The position numbers were made by a program, and so were the translations under genes. Under the pieces are notes generated by a model, which searched no databases, had not been told where the DNA came from, and worked only from the letters and a program-made list of their open reading frames with translations. From IMG/VR virus record IMGVR_UViG_3300020312_000001: 64,000 nucleotides of DNA. One strand, 5' to 3'. Positions 1 through 7,170 of the stretch are shown here, piece by piece; positions within the stretch are counted from its first letter, which is position 1; each line of letters opens with the position of its first letter. Source of the DNA: an uncultured virus (IMG/VR IMGVR_UViG_3300020312_000001) (Duplodnaviria > Heunggongvirae > Uroviricota > Caudoviricetes > Crassvirales).

Positions 1-586
1 CGCTGAAATCTTTGAATTTTCTAAGACTATGCGACCTCTTACATTGGTAAGGTGTATCTAATCTTACAATAGATCCTTCATAACCCACGTCTAAGTTGGC
101 TTTGTGAACATATTTAGCACAAGCCTCATCAGGACATGGCATAGTTTGTACGTGCTTAATACACCAATTACCAATTAGATTTTTACTAATCCAATTGTCA
201 CGTGTACTAAACTTCATCTTTTTATTTACAATATCATAACAATGAAATTGCACATTTAGACGTGATTTTAGACGATCCTCATCAGTTGGTTTTGTTTTTC
301 TGACCATAGATATAATTTCCTCAAAATTATCCCTAAAATCATGATTATATAACTCACCGTCTAATACAACATTCGGGTTATTTATAAAGAAAGGTTTTAA
401 TTCTCTCAATATGTGGTCGATATTCTTCCACACCTTACCTGTACGTGAGTACGCTGTTACCACGCCTTTGTCATACTGTATTAAGCATCTAACACCATCT
501 AATTTTGGTTGTATAAATACTGGTTTACTATAATCTATTGGTTTTGCGCTTACTGGGTAAGCTAACATTGGTTTATTCCTCATCAT
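1..586 (-). CDS. lig: ATP-dependent DNA ligase (N-terminal part; runs off the left edge of the window)
   Basis: Not in the ORF track. Manual translation gives MMRNKPMLAYPV...FIQPKLDGVRCL (KxDG adenylation motif) ...AYSRTGK...VLDGELY...FHCYDI...KRSHSLRKFK. The frame is open to position 1. Confidence 0.9.
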   Translation of the reverse strand, partial: MMRNKPMLAYPVSAKPIDYSKPVFIQPKLDGVRCLIQYDKGVVTAYSRTGKVWKNIDHILRELKPFFINNPNVVLDGELYNHDFRDNFEEIISMVRKTKPTDEDRLKSRLNVQFHCYDIVNKKMKFSTRDNWISKNLIGNWCIKHVQTMPCPDEACAKYVHKANLDVGYEGSIVRLDTPYQCKRSHSLRKFKDFS

Positions 587-857
587 TTTCTAAATTTGTT
601 AAATCAGAATCAATAGATATATTTAATTTATCTGTTAATTCCATTATTCTTATTTTCATTATAGCACATTTTTCGTACTCTTCACGATCTAAGTATAAAT
701 TCTGAAGGGTGACACAGCGTGCTAACTCACCTATAATGTGATCTCTAATGTTCTCTTCTATCCAATCTTCAGCATTAGTGTCTTTAGCCAAGTGTATTAA
801 TTCTTCAGCTATAAATTTACCTAATCGTTTTAAATTTTCATCACGTATATTATCCAT
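573..857 (-). CDS. hypothetical protein with UVR-like motif
   Basis: 94-aa ORF; 'REEYEKCAIMKIRI' resembles the UvrB/UvrC (UVR) coiled-coil motif. Confidence 0.6.
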   Translation of the reverse strand: MDNIRDENLKRLGKFIAEELIHLAKDTNAEDWIEENIRDHIIGELARCVTLQNLYLDREEYEKCAIMKIRIMELTDKLNISIDSDLTNLENDEE

Positions 858-869
858 AAGTTATCGTAT

Positions 870-1307
870 TTAATCTGTGTAGTATTTCTTTAGTAAATCT
901 CTAGGTTTTCCTACAAATATACATCCTTCACCATCATCAAATATACTAATCCATATACCTTTATTATAGTCACCCCACACGTAATAATGGTAATCTATCC
1001 ACCCATGTGTGCCTCTATCTTCAATATATACATTACCTGGACCATCTTTTAGTTCAGCTACTATTGAAGCAGCTAAACAACCTAATCCAGCGAATACATA
1101 ATCAGGGTCATCTTTACTTGATATCCCATTAGTTATTTTCATATCATCAAGATAAGATGCTAATGTCACACCTAATCCTTCAGGATATCCATCCCAGTGG
1201 TGGTAAATGTCCACAATTGTCTTATCTGGAATCTCACTAAACGATACTCCTTCCTCACGTTTAGCTACACTTATCATTGCTCTTGTTGCCATATTATTTC
1301 CATACAT
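870..1307 (-). CDS. phage hypothetical protein (YxHxDGYP type); start may be 1292
   Basis: Contains 'IYHHWDGYPEGLG'; tightly packed in the minus-strand gene run. Confidence 0.7.
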   Translation of the reverse strand: MYGNNMATRAMISVAKREEGVSFSEIPDKTIVDIYHHWDGYPEGLGVTLASYLDDMKITNGISSKDDPDYVFAGLGCLAASIVAELKDGPGNVYIEDRGTHGWIDYHYYVWGDYNKGIWISIFDDGEGCIFVGKPRDLLKKYYTD

Positions 1308-1404
1308 TTATTATTGCTAATATAAAAATTATTATATAAGCTATTACTACTGATGGTATGCTTAACATACCGCTATCACTCATTACTTCCCAACCCATAT
1401 CAAC

Positions 1405-1686
1405 TTAATCTAATAAAATCATATAAGCTTTAGCATTGTTTACTTTAAACCAATCTAAACCTTTATAAAGATCTCTAGTTATTTGCTCTATTTTATCGTT
1501 AGGTTCTATTTTATCTTCAAAAGCTTGTTCTAAAAATATATTAGCCCCTATAATAAAATCATAAATACTAAGCTCTAAAGCGTTAAGTTTATATGTTTCT
1601 CCACTAAATGGATTTCGTACAGTTGTACCTCTTTTATACAACTCTCCATCAAACCACTTGGGTTTTACTTGCTTTTTCTTACTCAT
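1405..1686 (-). CDS. phage hypothetical protein
   Basis: 93-aa ORF overlapping its upstream neighbour by 8 nt. Confidence 0.7.
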   Translation of the reverse strand: MSKKKQVKPKWFDGELYKRGTTVRNPFSGETYKLNALELSIYDFIIGANIFLEQAFEDKIEPNDKIEQITRDLYKGLDWFKVNNAKAYMILLD

Positions 1687-1912
1687 TTGTTAAAAATTTA
1701 TCACCCCACAGTAAATCTTCTTGTTGAATATCAATGATTCTTATGTGAGAGTGTATTACTACTGACCTTATATCACCTATAGTTAACTCGTCCCAAGAAA
1801 TAGTATTCTTAAGTTTTTCTTTAAGAGCTTTAGTTGTATAAGGATACTCTTGTTCATCTGCATTTATACTCGCCAGAATATCTGGGTTGAGTTTATCATA
1901 TATTGTTTTCAT
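1679..1912 (-). CDS. hypothetical protein
   Basis: 77-aa ORF; ATG is 5 nt downstream of the repeated GATAATA motif. Confidence 0.7.
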   Translation of the reverse strand: MKTIYDKLNPDILASINADEQEYPYTTKALKEKLKNTISWDELTIGDIRSVVIHSHIRIIDIQQEDLLWGDKFLTNE

Positions 1913-1939
1913 AAATATATTATCTTACTTTATTCGTAT

Positions 1940-2059
1940 TTAATATGTGTTCACTAAGTCATCATAGTGACACTCTACTTCTCTTTGTTCTCCAGCTGAT
2001 AATTCAGCATATTTCTTACCGTATTCTAAGTAAGCTATTTCATCTCTTAAGTTAGTCAT
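1940..2059 (-). CDS. small hypothetical protein (39 aa)
   Basis: Manual translation MTNLRDEIAYLEYGKKYAELSAGEQREVECHYDDLVNTY*; fills the gap downstream of the ncRNA candidate. Confidence 0.55.
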   Translation of the reverse strand: MTNLRDEIAYLEYGKKYAELSAGEQREVECHYDDLVNTY

Positions 2060-2077
2060 GTTATATATTATTAGTTA

Positions 2078-2689
2078 GCAGCTCGGGGAGGAATCGAACC
2101 TCCCACTTCGTCAAGCAACTATAGCGAACCACTAAACTAGCATAATAACGCCGTCGCTAAGCCATTTCAAGCTGTTGTGAACCGTAGGTGTGGTCCCATC
2201 AAGGCCGAGTAGTTTAAATTTAGGTCAAAACCCAAATTGGTCAACGTCTGACTGGAGATTTCGCTCCCGCTCATCTTGAATCGCTTTATCCTACATTTGT
2301 GAGCACTAACTAAATCGCCCGACATCTCACATTACCACCTAGTTCACTGAGTTGTAGTTATTCATCTGTAATACTCGTGGTATTATACACCTTTTCCAGG
2401 CAGAGTACTCGTCTTTCAACTCATTTGATAATTATCAGTTTCAGTTATGTCTAAACACTTCTTACTTACATCTCCAACCACTTGACGGTTATTATCTCTG
2501 GAGACTACGAGTGAGGGTGAAGCGTTCTAGGTTATTCACACTTTTAGTTAACAACGCAATCCCACTCGCATTTTGAATATAAAGCTGTGCACATTTTCGT
2601 GAATTGTCGCTTTATACTCACCCTATACAGGGTTTATAAGGCTTTTCTGCGCATTCGGTAGCTATCAGTATCGCCTTATGTTTAGCTGA
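2078..2689 (-). ncRNA. large (~610 nt) structured non-coding RNA candidate with tRNA-like 3' end
   Basis: No ORF in the track, more GC-rich than its flanks, many nested complementary segments, terminal T-arm GGGAGG-TTCGATT-CCTCCC and acceptor-like helix CAGCTTG/CGAGCTG. Confidence 0.7.
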
Positions 2690-3070
2690 TTAATTCACCT
2701 CCGTCGACGCTTCATCGTCGTCACTTTCATCAGCTACGCCAAATAACTTCTCAACATCATGTATGATTTGCTCATATAAATCAGCATGGCTTTCAAATTC
2801 TATGTTCTCTAAATACACTTTATTATCATATTCCATACCCATTTCGACATTGTAGTTGTCAGATTGGCTAAAATCAAAGTTTTCCACACTATTTTCTATA
2901 GCTCTATGCAAAGCATCAAATTGTTTTGGAGTTAACTTTGGCTTATCACAATCCTCTAATCTTTGTGTAGCGATCTTCAAATCGTGATTTAAATCTTTTA
3001 CTTGTTCCTCGTGGGCTTCAAGTGAAACTTTTAGTTTCTCTATTTCTTTATTTAATTCTTCCTTGTTCAT
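2690..3070 (-). CDS. coiled-coil acidic hypothetical protein
   Basis: 126-aa ORF with an N-terminal heptad pattern and an acidic tail. Confidence 0.7.
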   Translation of the reverse strand: MNKEELNKEIEKLKVSLEAHEEQVKDLNHDLKIATQRLEDCDKPKLTPKQFDALHRAIENSVENFDFSQSDNYNVEMGMEYDNKVYLENIEFESHADLYEQIIHDVEKLFGVADESDDDEASTEVN

Positions 3071-3071
3071 A

Positions 3072-3281
3072 CTATTTTAACATTGTACCATAGCCTCTCC
3101 TGCGGAATAATTTAGCGACTTTCGCTGCATCTTCACTAGACATTATCTGGATAGTATTACCCGTCTTGTGGTTTATGACTGGAGCACAACCGTATCTTGA
3201 AACAGTCGAGCAATCTACACAAACTCTAAAGCCTAATCGCAGGCGGCCTTCTGGTATTATTTTATTACATTTACATTTCAT
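3072..3281 (-). CDS. DksA/TraR C4-type zinc-finger-like protein
   Basis: 'CKCNKIIPEGRLRLGFRVCVDC' resembles the C4 finger pattern C..C...IPxxRL......CxxC; the first Cys pair here is CxC. Confidence 0.6.
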   Translation of the reverse strand: MKCKCNKIIPEGRLRLGFRVCVDCSTVSRYGCAPVINHKTGNTIQIMSSEDAAKVAKLFRRRGYGTMLK

Positions 3282-3308
3282 ATATATATTATCGATGAGT
3301 TGTCGTAT

Positions 3309-3542
3309 TTAATTTGTGTCTTCATCTTCATCATCAAATATCTCATCCATTTCTATACTATAACTCATAGTTGAGTCGTTTTCACTTAGCAATCTTATTG
3401 CTACTTGTAAGCCATCTATATATCCACTTTGATATATTGGTCGCTCATAATCACCTAGCACATTAGAGGTTATGGCCATATAATCTTCAGGCGTTAACTC
3501 ATCCATTGCTTCTTGTTCTAGTTCTTTTAATTCTTCTATCAT
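3309..3542 (-). CDS. acidic hypothetical protein
   Basis: 77-aa, very acidic ORF in the minus-strand run. Confidence 0.65.
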   Translation of the reverse strand: MIEELKELEQEAMDELTPEDYMAITSNVLGDYERPIYQSGYIDGLQVAIRLLSENDSTMSYSIEMDEIFDDEDEDTN

Positions 3543-3543
3543 T

Positions 3544-4143
3544 TTAACTTAAATTATAACGGTGTCCGTTGATTATTACTTGTACATCTTCTGGTTCAGG
3601 GTGAACAGGATTAGCATAATGACCATCAAATGGTAAATCATCTTGTTTTCTTTGACTTCTCCACCACTCACCATGTATTTCTGCTACTCTTTTCATAGTA
3701 TATTCACCAACTAAGTTCATTTTACCACTTCTATAGTAGTTTTTTAGTATGTAATTACATAAATATACTACTCGATCTCTATGATTATCTATCATGATTC
3801 GCTCGTTATTGTATATTTTGCGGTATTTACCAGTCCATACTGAACACTCATGGGTATCACTCCACTTGTAATCTTTAACAAAACTAGCTACTTTACGCAC
3901 TCTATTTAGTTGATAACAACTTTGAGAGGCATTATTTTTACCATAAACTACCATTTTACGAACATAACCATTCTTATAAACAGAAAATCTATTGATTTCT
4001 GTGCTACCATTATAGTACATAGTTTTGAATGGTAATTCCCACACTTCAGTTCCTTTACGTTTTTGAAACGGTTTAGTAACTTCTTTTATACCAAGATATT
4101 CAAATACTCGGTATGCTTCTTGCATTGTTTTTACTTTATTCAT
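3544..4143 (-). CDS. hypothetical protein
   Basis: 199-aa ORF abutting both neighbours. Confidence 0.75.
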   Translation of the reverse strand: MNKVKTMQEAYRVFEYLGIKEVTKPFQKRKGTEVWELPFKTMYYNGSTEINRFSVYKNGYVRKMVVYGKNNASQSCYQLNRVRKVASFVKDYKWSDTHECSVWTGKYRKIYNNERIMIDNHRDRVVYLCNYILKNYYRSGKMNLVGEYTMKRVAEIHGEWWRSQRKQDDLPFDGHYANPVHPEPEDVQVIINGHRYNLS

Positions 4144-4327
4144 AATTTTCTATATATATTGTACTATCTTCATGCACCATCCACTGACAATTGCTCACAT
4201 CATGACCTATTTCATGAAGAAAATCTTCTATTCTTTGCTCATCAATGCCCCACTTGTCAATATCATATTGGTAAACCTTACCTTTCATGAAGTCTAATAC
4301 TGTTATTGTTGTTAATCTTTCACTCAT
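4136..4327 (-). CDS. hypothetical protein (start revised to MSERL at 4327)
   Basis: The track's longer start overlaps the 40-aa basic ORF in another frame; the ATG at 4327 overlaps the end of that ORF. Confidence 0.6.
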   Translation of the reverse strand: MSERLTTITVLDFMKGKVYQYDIDKWGIDEQRIEDFLHEIGHDVSNCQWMVHEDSTIYIENYE

Positions 4328-4442
4328 TATTCTTATGTTTTTTCTTTCTAGTATAAGTCTTTTTACTCTTATGAACACGCTTAAATGACGCTAATTTCCA
4401 ATAAGGGTCTCTAGTTTTTATGTCTTTTCTGCGTATTTTCAT
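4320..4442 (-). CDS. small basic protein (40 aa) with ArfA-like C-terminal pattern
   Basis: Manual translation MKIRRKDIKTRDPYWKLASFKRVHKSKKTYTRKKKHKNNE*; ATG is 5 nt after a GATAATA motif copy. Confidence 0.65.
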   Translation of the reverse strand: MKIRRKDIKTRDPYWKLASFKRVHKSKKTYTRKKKHKNNE

Positions 4443-4477
4443 AATTATATTATCTTATACTATTCGTATTTACATTG

Positions 4478-4551
4478 TGATTGAGGTGGGAGTCGAACCC
4501 ACACTCTACAGCTTAGAAGGCTGTTGCTTTATCCAGTTAAGCTACTCAACC
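4478..4551 (-). tRNA. tRNA-Arg (anticodon TCT)
   Basis: Cloverleaf: acceptor GGTTGAG/CTCAATC, D-arm GCTT..AAGC, anticodon arm ACAGC-CTTCTAA-GCTGT, T-arm GTGGG-TTCGACT-CCCAC; CCA not encoded. Confidence 0.95.
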
Positions 4552-4650
4552 ATTACATATTTAAGTGACAATCCACTTGATCTTCTAAGTAACTTGCATA
4601 GTAATCATGCATCATTTCATTATATTGCTCATCTGTTAAGTTATCGTAAT

Positions 4651-4920
4651 TCATTTTTTAAGTAATTTATTAATTAAACCATCTGCTATTTTATCATTTT
4701 TAATACATAGCAATTCACCACATTTTTCATATTCTTCAGTATTCTCGTAGAAAGATATCACTTCATCAATATCTTGAGTAGTCATATCATATGGATTTCC
4801 ATAAAACATAGCGTCTGTTCCTTCGTATTGGTCAAGAATATCTTCTACTGAACACTTATTTGTCAATACTCCATACGTATTGCTCATTATTATTTCTATA
4901 TCTATATTCATTTTAGTCAT
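4651..4920 (-). CDS. hypothetical protein with UVR-like motif (start probably 4911)
   Basis: 'ENTEEYEKCGELL' matches the EEYEKC motif of 573..857. Confidence 0.65.
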   Translation of the reverse strand: MTKMNIDIEIIMSNTYGVLTNKCSVEDILDQYEGTDAMFYGNPYDMTTQDIDEVISFYENTEEYEKCGELLCIKNDKIADGLINKLLKK

Positions 4921-5188
4921 TTTTTGGACGATGGTGATGGCAAAGCTCGCTTTCGTGCTTGGTTTTTAACTTACATCTCACATTTGTTCCATTCGTGAAC
5001 GAGATACATTGATGAGAAATATACTTAATCTTAGTAGTATCTCCACCGTGATATCTACATTTATCACCATTAGTTACCATTATTTTGCATTGCACCTTCT
5101 TGCTAGTAGTTCCTATACATCTAATAGTATCTTGCGTGAACGCGAGCGATCCCATCGCTAGTCCAATTATTATAAATTTATTCTTCAT
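4913..5188 (-). CDS. signal-peptide protein with two Cys3His repeats (start revised to MKNKF at 5188)
   Basis: Signal-like N-terminus MKNKFIIIGLAMGSLAFTQ, then two C-x9/10-C-x8/10-C-x2-H repeats. The track's longer start overlaps a tRNA-like element. Confidence 0.7.
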   Translation of the reverse strand: MKNKFIIIGLAMGSLAFTQDTIRCIGTTSKKVQCKIMVTNGDKCRYHGGDTTKIKYISHQCISFTNGTNVRCKLKTKHESELCHHHRPKND

Positions 5189-5202
5189 ATTATTATATTT
5201 AG

Positions 5203-5303
5203 TGGTGATGGTGAGAATCGAACTCACTTTAACCTTTATCACCTATACTCATTCGCATTATTTATAAGACGCTAAACAAGTGGAACTACGTCTCAAGTCA
5301 CCA
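5203..5303 (-). ncRNA. atypical tRNA-like element (T-arm and acceptor-like helix, no recognisable anticodon arm)
   Basis: Minus strand TGGTGA...GTGAG-TTCGATT-CTCAC-CATCACCA, with internal helix TGAGACG/CGTCTTA. Confidence 0.5.
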
Positions 5304-5340
5304 TTGATTACTCAGCACTTCGTCAATGGTATTTATCGAC

Positions 5341-5592
5341 TTAATCTATTTCATCACAATTCATACAATCTATCATTTCTTGTTCAATTTCTTGAGCTGG
5401 AAAGTAGAAGTCAGCCATTTCTTGTAATAATTCTGGTCCAAACTCTTGGAAGTGATTAATTCCATGCATTAAAGTTGTTCCAAAAATCAACACACCACTA
5501 CACACGTAAGTTATATTTAAACCTACTTTGAATACAACGAGTGCGTAGTGACTAAATGTTTTACCATCGTTGAATTCTACTCGGAACTTCAT
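5341..5592 (-). CDS. hypothetical membrane protein
   Basis: 83-aa ORF with a hydrophobic middle and C-terminal CxxC. Confidence 0.6.
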   Translation of the reverse strand: MKFRVEFNDGKTFSHYALVVFKVGLNITYVCSGVLIFGTTLMHGINHFQEFGPELLQEMADFYFPAQEIEQEMIDCMNCDEID

Positions 5593-5822
5593 TACGAAAT
5601 GTCCTCATTTCTTACCGATAATGGTAGATTATTACTTGAAGTGTAAGACTTGTATTTTGCCCAACAAGCCATTGCTTCTAACTTATCTTTCATTAGCGAG
5701 AACACTTTATCGTGATTATATGTCGCTGTTTTGCCGTTTTTGAACGTCACTTCAATGGTCGCATCTTTACCAACTAGTGATTGTCTCACTACGAATCTTT
5801 TTGACTGAATTACATTTGCCAT
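5592..5822 (-). CDS. small early protein, paralog of 6418..6636
   Basis: Shares KRFVxRxSLxGK...YNHD...CxAKYKSYT with 6418..6636. Confidence 0.8.
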   Translation of the reverse strand: MANVIQSKRFVVRQSLVGKDATIEVTFKNGKTATYNHDKVFSLMKDKLEAMACWAKYKSYTSSNNLPLSVRNEDIS

Positions 5823-5911
5823 AATTATATTCTTTATTTAGTTATTAATTTATTTTAGTTACATTATTATTATCTGTTGCTGTTCGTTTTTATTTTGTGA
5901 CGACTCACAAT

Positions 5912-6235
5912 TTACTTTAGTTTTACTTCATTACCTGAAGAATCGAAATATCTTTTACCACTTTCAAGTATTTCTTGAATCATTTTATCATTTAACTCTT
6001 TAGTTATATCTTTTCCTGTTATTTTATTTATTACTTGCATCGTTTCTACTATTTATTTCGTTAATTACTTTGTCTTGTTTGTCTTTACTTACTCCATATA
6101 TTCTCATGTTATGAAGAACTAAGTTAAGTTGTTGTAAATCTAGTGTTTTTAAATCAATCATTTCTCATCAATTTTAGCTAATTTCTCAGCGATTTTTACT
6201 ACTGTCCAAATTGTCATTATTATTATAAATTCCAT
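5912..6235 (-). other. three overlapping micro-ORFs (6158-6235, 6024-6161, 5912-6040)
   Basis: Manual translations: MEFIIIMTIWTVVKIAEKLAKIDEK*, MIDLKTLDLQQLNLVLHNMRIYG...NK* and MQVINKITGKDITKEL...KLK*. The first starts 5 nt after a GATAATA motif, and each overlaps the next. Confidence 0.5.
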
Positions 6236-6417
6236 ATTATTATTATCTTTACTTATTCGTTTTTAGTTTGTGTAAAAGTAGTAGTTTTGTTTTTGTTATA
6301 ATTATTAGTAACAGTTACTCCGCCACTTCTCTTTGCTTACAATTATTATTTATGTGACATTAGCATTATAAGTTATATTAATAACAAGCAATTGTCACAC
6401 TATTTTATACCGAGATA

Positions 6418-6636
6418 CTACTGGATTTTCATATCTCGGCAGAAAGCTGGCATAGCATTAGTATTAGTATAGCTTTTATACTTCGCGAAACAATTCATAC
6501 TTTCGAATCTTTCTTTGTGAGTATTATACACATCGTCGTGATTATACTTTACTACTTCACCTTTCTTATTTGTGAATGTTATTACTTCGTTCTTGCCTAT
6601 TAAGGACTTTCTTATTACAAATCTTTTTAAAGTCAT
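6418..6636 (-). CDS. small early protein, paralog of 5592..5822
   Basis: First gene of the leftward run; clear paralogy. Confidence 0.8.
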   Translation of the reverse strand: MTLKRFVIRKSLIGKNEVITFTNKKGEVVKYNHDDVYNTHKERFESMNCFAKYKSYTNTNAMPAFCRDMKIQ

Positions 6637-6991
6637 ATTATTATATTTTATTATTATTATTATTTATATTATTATTATCTATTATACTTCGTATTTACTT
6701 TGTAAATTCAAATATTAAAATGTATATTATTATTGAAAATGATAGTATTGATATTAATATATTCATATTTAGTATTTTTAATTTATATATATATTATCTA
6801 TTATACTTAGTATTTACTTTGTGAATAATTTTTGGAAATCAATTTTAGAATTAGAACTTTCAATTACATTTTTAATTACTAAATCAATTGTTTTTATTAT
6901 AAAGAATGCTAGTATCATAGTAGTATATTTTAAATGTTATTATTAATTATTAATTATATATTTATTATCTATGATGAGTAGTATTTAACTC

Positions 6992-7170
6992 GTGGATAAA
7001 TGGATGGAATGGAGGGGAAGGAAATGGGGGTGGGGCCAGGGGGATGGGGTCTGGATGGGGCTGGGGCCGGGGTGGCATGGGGGCCCGGGTGGGGGAATGG
7101 ACTTTTGGGGGGAGGGGGGTCTAGTAGGAGAGAGGCGCAGGGCTAAACCCCAATATTTACAATACGGGGG
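6992..7170 (+). other. G-tract-rich island at the strand switch (potential G-quadruplex)
   Basis: More than a dozen runs of 3 or more G on the plus strand, next to an almost pure A/T tract. Confidence 0.6.

Larger units (their letters stand above)
848..6993 (-). promoter_or_regulatory. dispersed promoter-like motif, 9 copies (minus-strand consensus CACA-N3-TAAATACG-N10-GATAATA)
   Basis: Plus-strand TATTATC at 848, 1918, 3287, 4448, 5868, 6241, 6673, 6792 and 6963, each followed exactly 10 nt later by (C/A)GT(A/T)TTTA. Confidence 0.8.

Noticed and set aside
2078..2689. tmRNA or a canonical tRNA
   Set aside because: No alanine-type GGGG/G3-U70 acceptor end or recognisable tag ORF, too long for tmRNA, and no anticodon arm in the 3' module; kept as an unclassified ncRNA candidate.
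6356..6383. dif-like XerCD site (TTATATTAATA)
   Set aside because: Only a weak XerD-like arm in AT-rich DNA, with no matching XerC arm at the right spacing.
4063..6824. Plus-strand ORFs 4063, 4420, 5085 and 6576
   Set aside because: They lie antisense to minus-strand genes, the tRNA or the AT-rich tract, and have low-complexity translations.
848..6993. CRISPR array interpretation of the repeated motif
   Set aside because: Copies are dispersed at irregular distances upstream of genes and have degenerate interiors, not repeat-spacer units.
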